DNA from: an uncultured Armatimonadetes bacterium
GTDB lineage: Bacteria > Armatimonadota > UBA5829 > DTJY01
NCBI GenBank assembly: GCA_963717145.1
Contig: OY970325.1
Coordinates: forward strand, 3,552,001-3,616,000
Length of the DNA: 64,000 nucleotides
Reading direction: 5' to 3'
In this document: positions 12,382 through 22,812 of the stretch, in pieces
How positions within the stretch are numbered: the stretch's first letter is position 1
How the letters are laid out: every line of letters starts with the position of its first letter
The notes under the pieces: generated by a model
What the model saw: only the letters and a program-made list of their open reading frames with translations
The model's database searches: none
What the model was told of the DNA's origin: nothing
Translations under genes and position numbers: made by a program

Positions 12382-14211
12382 TCAACGTCCTAGCGCACCT
12401 TCGGTCGCCGCGTCTCGCAGGCATAAAGCCTCGGCTACAATGCAGGTCGATGTCCATCGGTCTACGTCCCCCAGCACGTAGTCGAGGCTGCCCAGAATCG
12501 CGATGAGATCCGAGACCAGCAGCCCGCGCGAGAGCATCGGCAGCGTCTGCAAGTGCGGGAACGACGGCGTGCGGATGCGGCATCGGTACGGCCAGTTGCC
12601 GCCGTCACTGATTACATAATACCCATAGATCCCCTTGGGCGCCTCCGTCGATATCATGGCCTCACCCGCGGGCATCGGCTGTCCCCAGCTCACCGACAGG
12701 AAGTGGTTGATCAGCGTCTCGATGTCGACCATCGTCGATTCCTTGCGCGGCGGCATGGCGAGCGGGTGGTCGCTCTTGTACTCGCCCGTCGGGCATGTTC
12801 TCCGCCGCCTGCTCGACGATTCGCAGGCTCTGCCGCATCTCCTCGAGCCTCACGACGCATCGAGCGTAGCTGTCTCCCTCCGATCGCGGTGGGGACCTCG
12901 AAGTCGAACTGGTCGTAGGACGAGTAAGGCCGGCGTCTTGCGGAGGTCCCAGTCGAAGCCGGTCGCCCGCAGGTTCGGCCCGGTCACGCCCCACTCGATC
13001 GCCGATTCGGTGGAGTAGACGCCGACGCCCCCTGGTCCGCATCTTGAAGATTCGAGTTCCTGGCGAGCATCTTGTCGATATTCCGCAATCCGCGTCGGGA
13101 AGTAGCTCAGGAAATCGTCCACCAGGCCCTTCCAGCCCTCGGGCAGGTCGTCGGCAACTCCACCGATCCGGAACCATTCGGGGTGCATTCGACCGCCGCA
13201 GATCGCCTCGTATGATGTCGAATATCCGCTCGCGGTCGTTGAACGTGAAGAAGACGGGCGACATCGCGCCCAGGTCCGAGCCGAACGTGCCGAACCACAC
13301 GAGGTGGTTCGCGATCCGAAAGAGCTCGCAGAGCATCACGCGGATGACCTGCGCTCGTTCGGGGACTTCGATCCCGGCGAGCTTCTCGACCGTGAGCACA
13401 TACGGCAGGTTGTTCTGCACGCCGGAGAGGTAGTCGATCCGGTCGGTGTACGGGATGAACGTGTGGAACGTCTGGCGCTCAGCCATCTTCTCCGCGCCAC
13501 GGTGGTGCCAGCCGATGTCCACAACCGAGTCGACGATCTGCTCGCCGTCGAGCTGGAGGATGACCCGCAGTAGGCCGTGAGTCCCGGGGTGATGCGGCCC
13601 GAAGTTCAGAAACATGAGATCGGCGTCCCCCTGGGCGGAGCGAGAAACCGTACTCCTCCGGGCGAGCCTGCAGGTCGGTCTGCTCCTCCAGTTGCCTGCT
13701 CTCCGAGAGCGTGTACCCCTCCATCTCGGTCGCCCTGGACGGATGCTCCTTGCGCAGGGGATGGCCGACCCAACCCGGCGGCATCAGAATCCGGCGCAGG
13801 AACGGGTGACCGTCTACTCCGATCCCGAACATGTCCCAGATCTCCCGCTCGTACCAGTTCGCGTTCGGCCAGATATCGGTGATGGTCGGGATCGTCGGGT
13901 GCTCCCCCTGCAACGGCGTCTTCAGGCGGACGTCGCTGTTGCGCCCGAACGACAGCAGGTGGTAGACCACGCTGAAATCGCAGTGCGGCTGCTCGGGCGT
14001 CTCACGTCGAACGCGCTCGTCGATGGCGGTCAGGTCGTAGAGCATCTCGAATGGAGAAGGCGACTCGCCCTTGAGGTAGGTGAGCACGTCGCGCACATGT
14101 TTCGCGATCGATCCACAGGGTCGGCGTCCCGTCACGCGTGGCCTGGGAGGTGAAGTCGATCGCGGGGAAGCGCTGCCTCAACTCGTCTACGATTGGCTCC
14201 TGGACCGGCAT
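12382..14211 (-). CDS. nuoCD: NADH-quinone oxidoreductase fused subunit C/D (multiply frameshifted)
   Basis: [14 protein letters not shown] and GHPLRKEHP (C) contiguous with [25 protein letters not shown] and DYVLGDVDR (D). Confidence 0.88.
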
Positions 14212-14214
14212 CGA

Positions 14215-14814
14215 TCAGACCTCCGTCATCGGCCGGATCTCCGTCGCAGAGCGCCGAACGTCTCGTTTGAGGTCACGCTGAGCCGGCATCTCGGCGCGTA
14301 CCACGCCTCCATCGCCGAGTACCCAGCTCAACGGTCGCTGCTCTGTGCCGATCGCCTTCTGAAGCAGCAGTAGACCCTCGAGGAACGCATCCGGTCGCGG
14401 CGGACAGCCGGGGATGTAGACATCCACGGGCAGGAACCGGTCCACGCCCTGCACCACGCTGTAGATATCGTACATTCCGCCGGAGTTCGCGCACGATCCC
14501 ATCGATATGACCCACCTCGGCTCCATCATCTGCTCGTAGAGTTGCTTGATGACGGGCGCGACCTTGATGAACACCGTCCCCGCAACTACCATCACATCGG
14601 CCTGTCTCGGGCTGGGCCGGATGACCTCGGAGCCGAAGCGGGCGATGTCGTACTTGCTGGTGAACGCGGTGGTCATCTCGACGAAGCAGCAGGACGTGCC
14701 GAACCCGAACGGCCAGACGGAATTCTTACGGCTCCATCCGATCAGGTCCTGCAGTCTGGCCATCACAAATCCGGCGCCGCCGCCCGGATCATTCGGCGTT
14801 GGTCTGATGCTCAC
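14215..14814 (-). CDS. nuoB: NADH-quinone oxidoreductase subunit B
   Basis: [25 protein letters not shown] and [11 protein letters not shown] motifs. Confidence 0.95.
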   Translation of the reverse strand: MSIRPTPNDPGGGAGFVMARLQDLIGWSRKNSVWPFGFGTSCCFVEMTTAFTSKYDIARFGSEVIRPSPRQADVMVVAGTVFIKVAPVIKQLYEQMMEPRWVISMGSCANSGGMYDIYSVVQGVDRFLPVDVYIPGCPPRPDAFLEGLLLLQKAIGTEQRPLSWVLGDGGVVRAEMPAQRDLKRDVRRSATEIRPMTEV

Positions 14815-15271
14815 TTGCGATCTCCTTCGTAAGACGGCGAGGGGTGCGATATACGTCCAGGCCGCCGAGTCGCCATATATACACCAGTCCGGCGACCAGG
14901 ACCGCCACGAACAGGAGTATCTCGATGTAGCCGGCCCAGCTCAACTCGCGAAAGGCGACCGCCCACGCGAGGATGAAGGCAACTTCAACATCGAAGAGGA
15001 TGAAGAACAGTCCGACCAGGTAGTATTTCGCATCGTAACGCAGGCGGGATGAGCCTGTAGGCACGATCCCCGACTCGTAGGGTTCGTTGCGCTCCCTCGA
15101 TCTGTGCCGCTCGCCGAGGGCATACGAAAGTACGAGCATCGCGACGGCAATCAGCGCCACGATCCCGCCATATACGAGGACCGGCCATATCGAAGGATTA
15201 TGCACGGTGTTCACCACGGCTGGAATATCCGCCACGGGGCGGACGATATAGTATGCGCTGACTCCATCCAT
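14789..15271 (-). CDS. nuoA: NADH-quinone oxidoreductase subunit A
   Basis: [23 protein letters not shown] motifs; first gene of operon; exact start uncertain. Confidence 0.93.
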   Translation of the reverse strand: MDGVSAYYIVRPVADIPAVVNTVHNPSIWPVLVYGGIVALIAVAMLVLSYALGERHRSRERNEPYESGIVPTGSSRLRYDAKYYLVGLFFILFDVEVAFILAWAVAFRELSWAGYIEILLFVAVLVAGLVYIWRLGGLDVYRTPRRLTKEIASEHQTNAE

Positions 15272-15350
15272 GCCACATTACCCGGTAATGGCACGCCATG
15301 AAACTCTACCGCACGACAGGCTAATGTTCAACGCGAACGCATCTAATCCT

Positions 15351-15451
15351 GTAGGAGGGATTTTCCGGGATGATTGTGCCCGGTAATCCCGAAGGTCGGC
15401 GCGTTGCGTTCGGGATTACCGGGCACAATCATCCCGGAAAATCCCTCCTAC
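15351..15451. repeat. GTAG-capped REP-like inverted repeat
   Basis: GTAGGAGGGATTTTCCGGGATGATTGTGCCCGGTAATCCCGA and its perfect reverse complement ending CCTAC, in the nuoA/tkt divergent spacer. Confidence 0.9.
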
Positions 15452-15556
15452 GCCGCTCTCGATAGGATGCGTTCGCCCTGGCTCATGTTTTGCGGCATCG
15501 AAGCAAGGGGAAAACCATTAGGCGAGCACTCCAAAATCCGCAGGGGGAAGCACATC

Positions 15557-17590
15557 ATGCCTGACGATCCGCATGGACTTGCCATCAATACTATCAGATT
15601 CCTCGCCGTCGACGCTGTCGAGAAGGCCAAATCGGGCCACCCCGGCACGCCGATGGGTGATGCCGAGATCGCATATGCGCTGTGGATGAACCACATGCGG
15701 TACAACCCGAAGAATCCCAAGTGGCCGAACCGGGACCGTTTCGTGCTGTCCGAGGGGCATGCTTCGATGCTGCAGTACGCTCTGCTTTACCTGACCGGAT
15801 ATGACCTGCCTCTCGAGCAGATCCAGCGGTTCCGGCAATTGGGAAGCCTGACGCCCGGCCACCCCGAGTATGGTGATACGCCCGGCATCGAGGCGACCAC
15901 CGGCCCGCTCGGCCAGGGATTCGGGATGGGAGTCGGGATGGCCATCGCGGAGAGGTACCTCCGCTCGTATTTCAACCGTCCGGGGCACACCATCGTCGAC
16001 TACCGTATCTACGAGATGTGCAGTGACGGCGACATGATGGAGGGCGTATCCTCGGAGGCCGCTTCACTCGCCGGGCATCTGAAGCTGAACAAGCTCATCT
16101 ACATCTACTCCGACAACCACATCTCCATCGAGGGGAACACCGACCTGGCGTTCAGCGAAGATGTCGGCAAGCGTTTCGAGGCATACGGCTGGTTCGTGCA
16201 GGAGATCGACGGCGAGGACGCGGGCCAAATCGCGGCGGCCATACGCGCGGCGGAGGATCAGACGAACGCCCCTTCACTCATCCGCGCGCGCACGCACATC
16301 GGCTACGGTAGCCCCGGAAAGCAGGATACCGGAGAGGCTCACGGCGAGCCGCTCGGCCCCGAAGAGGTCAAGCGAACCAAGGAAAACCTGGGCTGGCCGC
16401 TCGAGCCGGAGTTCTACGTACCGGACGAGGTACTGGCGCACACTCGGAGAATGATCGACCGCGGGCAGGAACTGGAACAGGAGTGGCAGCAGAGATTCGA
16501 TGCGTACGCCCGGGAGTATCCGGACCTGGCGGAGGAATGGCGCAGGGGAATGGAGGGCAAGCTCCCTCAGGATTGGCGGAAGAGCATCCCCGTAGTGGGC
16601 AAGCCCGGCGAAGAGATGGCGACTCGTGACGCCGGGGGAGTCGTCATGAACGCGATCGCGCCCGTGATGCCGTTCCTCATCGGTGGCGCGGGGGATCTAT
16701 CACCATCCACGAAGACATACCTCAAGGGATTTGGCGATTTCGAGGCCGATGAAACGGGCCGCAACCTGCATTTCGGCGTTCGCGAGCACGCGATGGGGAC
16801 GGCGCTGAACGGAATGGCGCTGACCAAGCCGATCATACCATTCGGCGCGACGTTCCTGATCTTCTCCGACTACATGCGGCCGTCGATACGGCTTGCGGCT
16901 CTGATGGGCGTACACGTGATCTACGCTCTCACGCACGACAGCGTGTTCCTCGGCGAGGATGGCCCGACCCATGAGCCGGTCGAGCACCTGGCGTCCCTGC
17001 GAGCGATGCCGAACATGACGGTCATCCGCCCGGCCGATGCCGGCGAAACTGCAGTCGCGTGGCGAATGGCGATCGAGCATCAGGGCGGGCCGGTAGCACT
17101 CATCCTCACCAGGCAGAAGTTGCCCGTGCTGGACCGCGAGCAGCTTGCTCCCGCTGAGCTGCTGGAGAAGGGCGCTTACGTGCTGTGGCAATCGGCGGAA
17201 GGCGTCCCGGACATCATCCTGATAGCGACTGGATCCGAGGTACACATTACGCTGGAGGGCGGGAAGCGTGTTGCCAAGGCCGGCCTGAAGGTCCGAGTGG
17301 TGAACATGCCGTGCTGGGAGTTTTTCGAGAAGCAGCCTCACGAGTACAGAGAGGAAGTGCTGCCGGCATCCGTCATTCCAAGACTCGCAGTGGAGGCCGC
17401 CGCGCCTATGGGGTGGCACAAGTACGTCGGGTCTTGCGGCGAGGTGCTGGGAATGACTCGCTTCGGGGAGTCAGCGCCCTATAAGGATCTGCAGAAGCAT
17501 TTCGGGTTCACCCCCGAGAATGTGGCGGATCGCGCCAGATCCGTCTACGAGCGAATCAGCAAAGAGAAAGGAGCCGCGATATGCGTGTAG
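15557..17590 (+). CDS. tkt: Transketolase
   Basis: [23 protein letters not shown] and [14 protein letters not shown] motifs; start set at MPDDPHGL. Confidence 0.97.
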   Translation: MPDDPHGLAINTIRFLAVDAVEKAKSGHPGTPMGDAEIAYALWMNHMRYNPKNPKWPNRDRFVLSEGHASMLQYALLYLTGYDLPLEQIQRFRQLGSLTPGHPEYGDTPGIEATTGPLGQGFGMGVGMAIAERYLRSYFNRPGHTIVDYRIYEMCSDGDMMEGVSSEAASLAGHLKLNKLIYIYSDNHISIEGNTDLAFSEDVGKRFEAYGWFVQEIDGEDAGQIAAAIRAAEDQTNAPSLIRARTHIGYGSPGKQDTGEAHGEPLGPEEVKRTKENLGWPLEPEFYVPDEVLAHTRRMIDRGQELEQEWQQRFDAYAREYPDLAEEWRRGMEGKLPQDWRKSIPVVGKPGEEMATRDAGGVVMNAIAPVMPFLIGGAGDLSPSTKTYLKGFGDFEADETGRNLHFGVREHAMGTALNGMALTKPIIPFGATFLIFSDYMRPSIRLAALMGVHVIYALTHDSVFLGEDGPTHEPVEHLASLRAMPNMTVIRPADAGETAVAWRMAIEHQGGPVALILTRQKLPVLDREQLAPAELLEKGAYVLWQSAEGVPDIILIATGSEVHITLEGGKRVAKAGLKVRVVNMPCWEFFEKQPHEYREEVLPASVIPRLAVEAAAPMGWHKYVGSCGEVLGMTRFGESAPYKDLQKHFGFTPENVADRARSVYERISKEKGAAICV

Positions 17591-18036
17591 CGCTTGGCGC
17601 GGACCACGAGGGTTTCGATCTGAAGAACCAGATCGCCGAGATGCTCCGCCAGGACGGACATCAGGTCGATGACCTCGGCACGTGCAGCCCTGAACCGGTT
17701 GACTACCCCATCTACGCAAAAGCCGTGGGGGAGGCGGTCCGGAGCGGGACGGACACTCGAGGCATCCTCATCTGTGGGAGCGGCGTCGGCGTGACGGTTG
17801 CGGCGAATAAGCTCAGGGGCATCCGCGCGGGCCTCTGCCACGACGTTTTTTCGGCCCATCAGAGCGTCGAACATGACGATGTCAACGTCCTTTGTCTGGG
17901 GCCGAATGTGATAGGAACCAAGCTGGCGAAGGACCTGGTTCGCACGTGGTTGAACGCCAGGTTCACCGGTGAGGAGCGGCATGTGCGCCGCCTCGCCGAA
18001 GTCGCCGAGATCGAGAACATGGAGGTTAGAAGTTAG
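17581..18036 (+). CDS. rpiB: Ribose-5-phosphate isomerase B
   Basis: ADHEG, DYP, CGSGVG and RHVRRL motifs. Confidence 0.96.
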   Translation: MRVALGADHEGFDLKNQIAEMLRQDGHQVDDLGTCSPEPVDYPIYAKAVGEAVRSGTDTRGILICGSGVGVTVAANKLRGIRAGLCHDVFSAHQSVEHDDVNVLCLGPNVIGTKLAKDLVRTWLNARFTGEERHVRRLAEVAEIENMEVRS

Positions 18037-19185
18037 ATGGTTACAGCAAATGTGAAGACAAATCCGCTGATCGAACTTCAGCAGGTTGGACAGAGTCCCT
18101 GGGTGGACAGCTTCAAGAGGGGATGGCTCACTTCCGGCGAGCTTCAGAGGATGATCAGGGAGGACGGCGCGCGCGGGGTGACCGTCAACCCGACCATCTT
18201 CGAGAAGGCGATATCCGGCAGCACGGATTACGACGATGCCATCCGCGAACTCGTGGCACAGGGAAAAGACTCCCAACAGGTATATGAGGCCCTGATGGTG
18301 CAGGACATCGGCATGGCTGCCGACCTCTTCCGTGAGGTGTACGACTCCGCCGATCGGTCGGACGGCTTCGTGAGCATCGAACTGCCGCCCAGCCTTTCGT
18401 ACGACACAGCCGGGACGATCAAGGAAGCCCACAGGTTCCGGTCGATGATCGACCGTGAGAACATCATGGTGAAGGTGCCCGGGACCGCGGAGGGAGTGCC
18501 CGCCGTGGAGGAGTTGACCTACGACGGGATCAACGTCAATATTACGCTGCTCTTCTCGATCGAGGACTATGAGAACGTGGCCTATGCGTACATCCGGGGA
18601 CTCGAACGCCGCCTCAGGGACGGCAAGCCTCTGAACAGCCTGGCTTCGGTTGCCAGCTTCTTCGTCAGCAGGATAGACAGCGCGGTCGATCAGCAGCTCG
18701 AGAAGATGATCTCCACGGAGACCGACCCGGATCGGCGATCGGAACTCGATTCACTCACAGGGAAATCCGCCATCGCAAACGCGAAGATCGCCTACCAGAG
18801 GTTCAAGGCTATCTTCTCCGAGCAGCGGTTCAAGGACCTGGAGCAGAAGGGCGCGCGAGTGCAGAAGGTCCTCTGGGCGAGCACCAGTACCAAGAGCCCC
18901 AAGTACCCGGACCTGTATTACGTCGAGAACCTGATCGGGCCTCAGACCGTCGACACGATGCCGCCGGACACCATTGCCGCCTTCAAGGACCACGGCCGGG
19001 TGCGCCTGACCATCGAAGAGAACCTCGATGAGGCAAACAGTGTTCTGCGCCGGCTGGGGGATGTGGGAATCGACTTCGCGGACGTCACCCACAAGCTTCA
19101 GGTCGAGGGAGTGGACAAGTTCCAGGCGTCCGTGGACCAGATGATGGCCGTTCTCGCGGCCAAACGGGATGCATCGGGAGGGTAG
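18037..19185 (+). CDS. tal: Transaldolase
   Basis: GQSPWVD, TVNPTIF, VKVPGT, VNITLLFS, SFFVSRID and LWASTSTK motifs. Confidence 0.96.
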   Translation: MVTANVKTNPLIELQQVGQSPWVDSFKRGWLTSGELQRMIREDGARGVTVNPTIFEKAISGSTDYDDAIRELVAQGKDSQQVYEALMVQDIGMAADLFREVYDSADRSDGFVSIELPPSLSYDTAGTIKEAHRFRSMIDRENIMVKVPGTAEGVPAVEELTYDGINVNITLLFSIEDYENVAYAYIRGLERRLRDGKPLNSLASVASFFVSRIDSAVDQQLEKMISTETDPDRRSELDSLTGKSAIANAKIAYQRFKAIFSEQRFKDLEQKGARVQKVLWASTSTKSPKYPDLYYVENLIGPQTVDTMPPDTIAAFKDHGRVRLTIEENLDEANSVLRRLGDVGIDFADVTHKLQVEGVDKFQASVDQMMAVLAAKRDASGG

Positions 19186-19188
19186 AGC

Positions 19189-20109
19189 ATGGAGATCGGC
19201 ATGGTCGGTTTGGGCCGCATGGGAGGCAACATGGCCCACAGACTGCACGACGCGGGACACGAGGTCGCGGGTTACGATGCCCGCCCTGAGACCGCCCGCG
19301 AATTCGAGGCCTGCCTGACGCGCGTCGCATCATCCCTGGAGCTTCTGGTGGATGGTCTCAAGGCGGCACGCGTGGTGTGGCTCATGGTGCCGGCGGGCGA
19401 GCCGACGGATGATGTGATCGCCAACCTGCTGACTCACATGTCCGCCGGCGACATCCTGATCGATGGGGGTAACTCGCACTTCAGGGACTCGATCCGCCAC
19501 GCCGAGGAGTCGTCACGCACGGGCGTCCGGTTTCTCGACATCGGGGTCAGCGGCGGGATATGGGGACTCAGGGAAGGTTACTGCCTGATGGCCGGTGGTG
19601 ACATCGAAGCGTTCAGGCAGGTCGAACCCATCTTGAAGGCACTCGCGCAGACTCAGGGCTATGCTCATGTCGGCCCGGCCGGGGCGGGTCATTACTCCAA
19701 GATGGTCCACAACGGCATCGAGTACGCGATGATGCAGGCGTACGGAGAAGGCTTCGAGGTGCTGAAGGCGTCGAGCTTCGATTTCGACCTTCAACAGCTT
19801 TCCGATCTGTGGATGCACGGAAGCGTGGTCAGGTCCTGGCTGCTCGAGTTGGCCGCGCGGTCGTTTGGCGAGGACCCCGATCTGAGCCGGATCAAGGGCT
19901 ATGTCGAGGATTCGGGAGAGGGGCGCTGGACGATCCATGAGGCGCTCGAGATGGGAGTGCCCGTGCCGGCAATGGCAGACTCGCTCTTCGCGCGCTTCAG
20001 GTCCCGTCAGAGTGAGTCCTTTTCGGCCAAGGTGATCGCCTCTCTTCGCCACCAGTTCGGCGGCCACGCGGTAGTTCGAGAGGATGACGGCGCGGACGGC
20101 GTCGCGTGA
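19189..20109 (+). CDS. gnd: 6-phosphogluconate dehydrogenase, decarboxylating (short GntZ/YqeC type)
   Basis: GLGRMG, DGGNS, KMVHNGIEY and RHQFGGH motifs. Confidence 0.95.
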   Translation: MEIGMVGLGRMGGNMAHRLHDAGHEVAGYDARPETAREFEACLTRVASSLELLVDGLKAARVVWLMVPAGEPTDDVIANLLTHMSAGDILIDGGNSHFRDSIRHAEESSRTGVRFLDIGVSGGIWGLREGYCLMAGGDIEAFRQVEPILKALAQTQGYAHVGPAGAGHYSKMVHNGIEYAMMQAYGEGFEVLKASSFDFDLQQLSDLWMHGSVVRSWLLELAARSFGEDPDLSRIKGYVEDSGEGRWTIHEALEMGVPVPAMADSLFARFRSRQSESFSAKVIASLRHQFGGHAVVREDDGADGVA

Positions 20110-20116
20110 GGTGAAT

Positions 20117-21651
20117 ATGGCTGTCTCTAGTATCTCGGAAAACCCCTTCAGGGAGGGGCTTCTTCAGCACAAGCGGCGACCCGAGCCATCGGTGCTCGTG
20201 CTCTTCGGAGCATCGGGCGACCTGACTGAGCGGAAGATCATCCCGGCGTTCTACGAGTTGGAGAAGAGGAATCGCCTCCCGGACAGATTCGCCATTATCG
20301 GTTTTGCGCGGAGGGACTACTCCAGGGACCAGTTCCGCGACACGTTGCGAAAGTCACTCGACAAGTTCGTCCCCGCCGTGGACGCGAATGTCTGGTCCAA
20401 GCTGTCGGAGCGGCTGAACTACGTCTCCTCGGACTTCAACAGCGATGCCGGATACCAGGACCTCGGCACTATGCTTCAGCGACTTCACGACGATCTTCAT
20501 ACCGAGGGGAACACGATATTCTACCTGGCCAGCCCGCCCAGTTTTTTCCCCGCGATCGTCGAGCAGATCGACAGGGCCCAACTGACCCGGACGGAGGGCT
20601 GGAAGCGCATCGCCGTCGAGAAACCGTTCGGCCGGGACCTCCAATCGGCCCAGATCTGAACAACCTCATCGAAGGCGTCTTTGCCGAGTCGGACACTTAC
20701 CGAGTCGATCATTACCTGGGCAAGGATACCGTTCAGAACATCCTGGTATTCCGTTTCGCAAATGCGATCTTCGAGCCGATCTGGAACCGCCGATACGTCG
20801 ATCACGTGCAGATCACAACCGCGGAAACCCTGGGGGTCGAGACGCGCGGGAACTACTATGAGGAAGTCGGGGCGCTGCGGGACATGATCCAGAACCATGG
20901 TCTCCAGCTTCTCTCGCTGGTCGCCATGGAACCGCCCACTTCCTTCGAAGCGGATGCCGTGCGTGACGAGAAAGGGAAGGTGCTTCGTTCGATTCGTCTA
21001 TTCCCTCCAACAGAGGTCGACTCGCACGTCGCCAGAGGGCAATACGGCCCGGGATCCATCGAGGCGCGTGAGGTTCCCGGATATCGGCAGGAGTCGGACG
21101 TATCGCCGACATCGACGGTGGAGACATACGTCGCCGCCCGATTCTACGTGGACAACTGGCGGTGGCAGGATGTGCCCTTCTACGTCCGTACCGGCAAACG
21201 GCTCTCGAGGAAGAAGACCGAGATTGCCATTCAATTCAAGCCGGTCCCGCATGGGTTTCTCGGTCATGGATCATCCGAACGTCCGGCCCCGAACGTGCTC
21301 GTGATGCGTATTCAGCCGGATGAGGGAATCGCCGTGCGGGTGGGAACGAAATCGCCCGGACAGACGATGGCTCCACGACCCGTCGATCTCGATTTCCGCT
21401 ACCTGTCGTCACTGGGAGTTGTGCCTCCCGACGAGTACGAGACCCTCCTGCTGGACTGCATGCTCGGCGATCAGGTGCTCTTCGCCCGACGTGATGGTGT
21501 GGAGGCTCAATGGGCAGTGGTCGCGCCGATTGTGCAGGGCTGGGGACTATCGCCGGCGCCTGACTTCCCCAACTACAGGGCCGGCACATGGGGTCCGGCG
21601 GCATCCGACGCGCTGTTGGAACGAGAGGGACACAGATGGCGAAGACTCTAG
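20117..21651 (+). CDS. zwf: Glucose-6-phosphate 1-dehydrogenase (one frameshift near 20655)
   Basis: GASGDL and EKPFG in frame 1; [19 protein letters not shown] and RTGKRL in the downstream frame. Confidence 0.93.
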
Positions 21652-21661
21652 GAGAATCACC

Positions 21662-22795
21662 ATGAGCATGGCAGACGAGGCACAGATCGAACAGGTGTCA
21701 GTACCTTCGGACCTGAAGCTCTCCGATATCGAGAAGGGCTTCTCCGCACTCTGGAACAAAACGGCCGGCGAAGCGGGCGAGACGGCGGTGACTCGCGTCT
21801 GCACGATGAGCCTGATAGTCCACCTGCCGGGAAGATCATCTCTGGATCCGGCGATGGATGCCGTCAGGGTGGCCTCACTGGAGCATCCACTTCGCGCGGT
21901 CTTCCTGCTTGCCGAACCGGGGGAAACCGACATCAAGGGAAACATATCCGGATACTGCCAGGTAGCGCAGGGAGGAGATTTGCAGGTCTGCTGCGAGGAG
22001 ATAGTGCTCACCGCTACCGGCGAGGCTGCGCAGAACCTGCCGTCAGCCGCGATCGACCTGCTGGTGCCCGATCTGCCGGTTGCGCTCTGGTGGGTGGGAG
22101 AGCCTCAGTTCGGGACTGAGATGATGGACAGGTTGCGATCCGTCTCCGATAACCTGATCGTGGATTCCCATGACTTCGCGGATGCCCTTCGCGACATGAA
22201 GCAACTCGCCGCGAACATCGGAAGACAGCCGCATGCGGGTGTAAGCGACGTGAACTGGTCACGAATCACTCAGTGGAGAGAGCAGGTGGCGGACCTTTTC
22301 GACGATCCCACGGCTCGGAGCCACATCGGCCGGATCGAGAGCCTGCACATAGACTACGCCGGAGATACCGATCCCTCACAGGCGATCCTTTTCGCCGGCT
22401 GGTTCGGGGAAAGGCTCGACTGGTCTCGCTCGAGCGGGCCGGGCGACATGGGTGGAGGGAAGTTCGCTTCAGTGGTCACGAATACCTCCAGGAAAGAGAT
22501 CGAGCTGAAGATCAGTCCCACCGGCCTCCGACAGGTCGCGGAGGGCAACATCGTTGCAGTCGAGATCGAGGCGGGCGATGGCGCTTTCACGTTCCGCGTC
22601 GCGAGCGAGGATGAGCGGATGCGGCTGGAGGTCCGTGCCCAGGCCGAGGGAATGAATCCAGTGCACAGGACGTCCGCTCTCGAGGCGCAACGTCTCGGGG
22701 TTCTCCTCGGCCAGGAGATCGAGCAGTTCGGCCTCGGCATCTCGTACGCAGAGACGCTCCGCGCGGGATTGGCCTACGTGGACCGCGCGCCCTGA
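21662..22795 (+). CDS. opcA: Glucose-6-phosphate dehydrogenase assembly protein OpcA
   Basis: Follows zwf; CCEEI, LLVPDLPVALWW and DVNWSRITQWR motifs; GGAGA RBS. Confidence 0.9.
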   Translation: MSMADEAQIEQVSVPSDLKLSDIEKGFSALWNKTAGEAGETAVTRVCTMSLIVHLPGRSSLDPAMDAVRVASLEHPLRAVFLLAEPGETDIKGNISGYCQVAQGGDLQVCCEEIVLTATGEAAQNLPSAAIDLLVPDLPVALWWVGEPQFGTEMMDRLRSVSDNLIVDSHDFADALRDMKQLAANIGRQPHAGVSDVNWSRITQWREQVADLFDDPTARSHIGRIESLHIDYAGDTDPSQAILFAGWFGERLDWSRSSGPGDMGGGKFASVVTNTSRKEIELKISPTGLRQVAEGNIVAVEIEAGDGAFTFRVASEDERMRLEVRAQAEGMNPVHRTSALEAQRLGVLLGQEIEQFGLGISYAETLRAGLAYVDRAP

Positions 22796-22812
22796 CCCGC
22801 TCTCGGGCGGGC

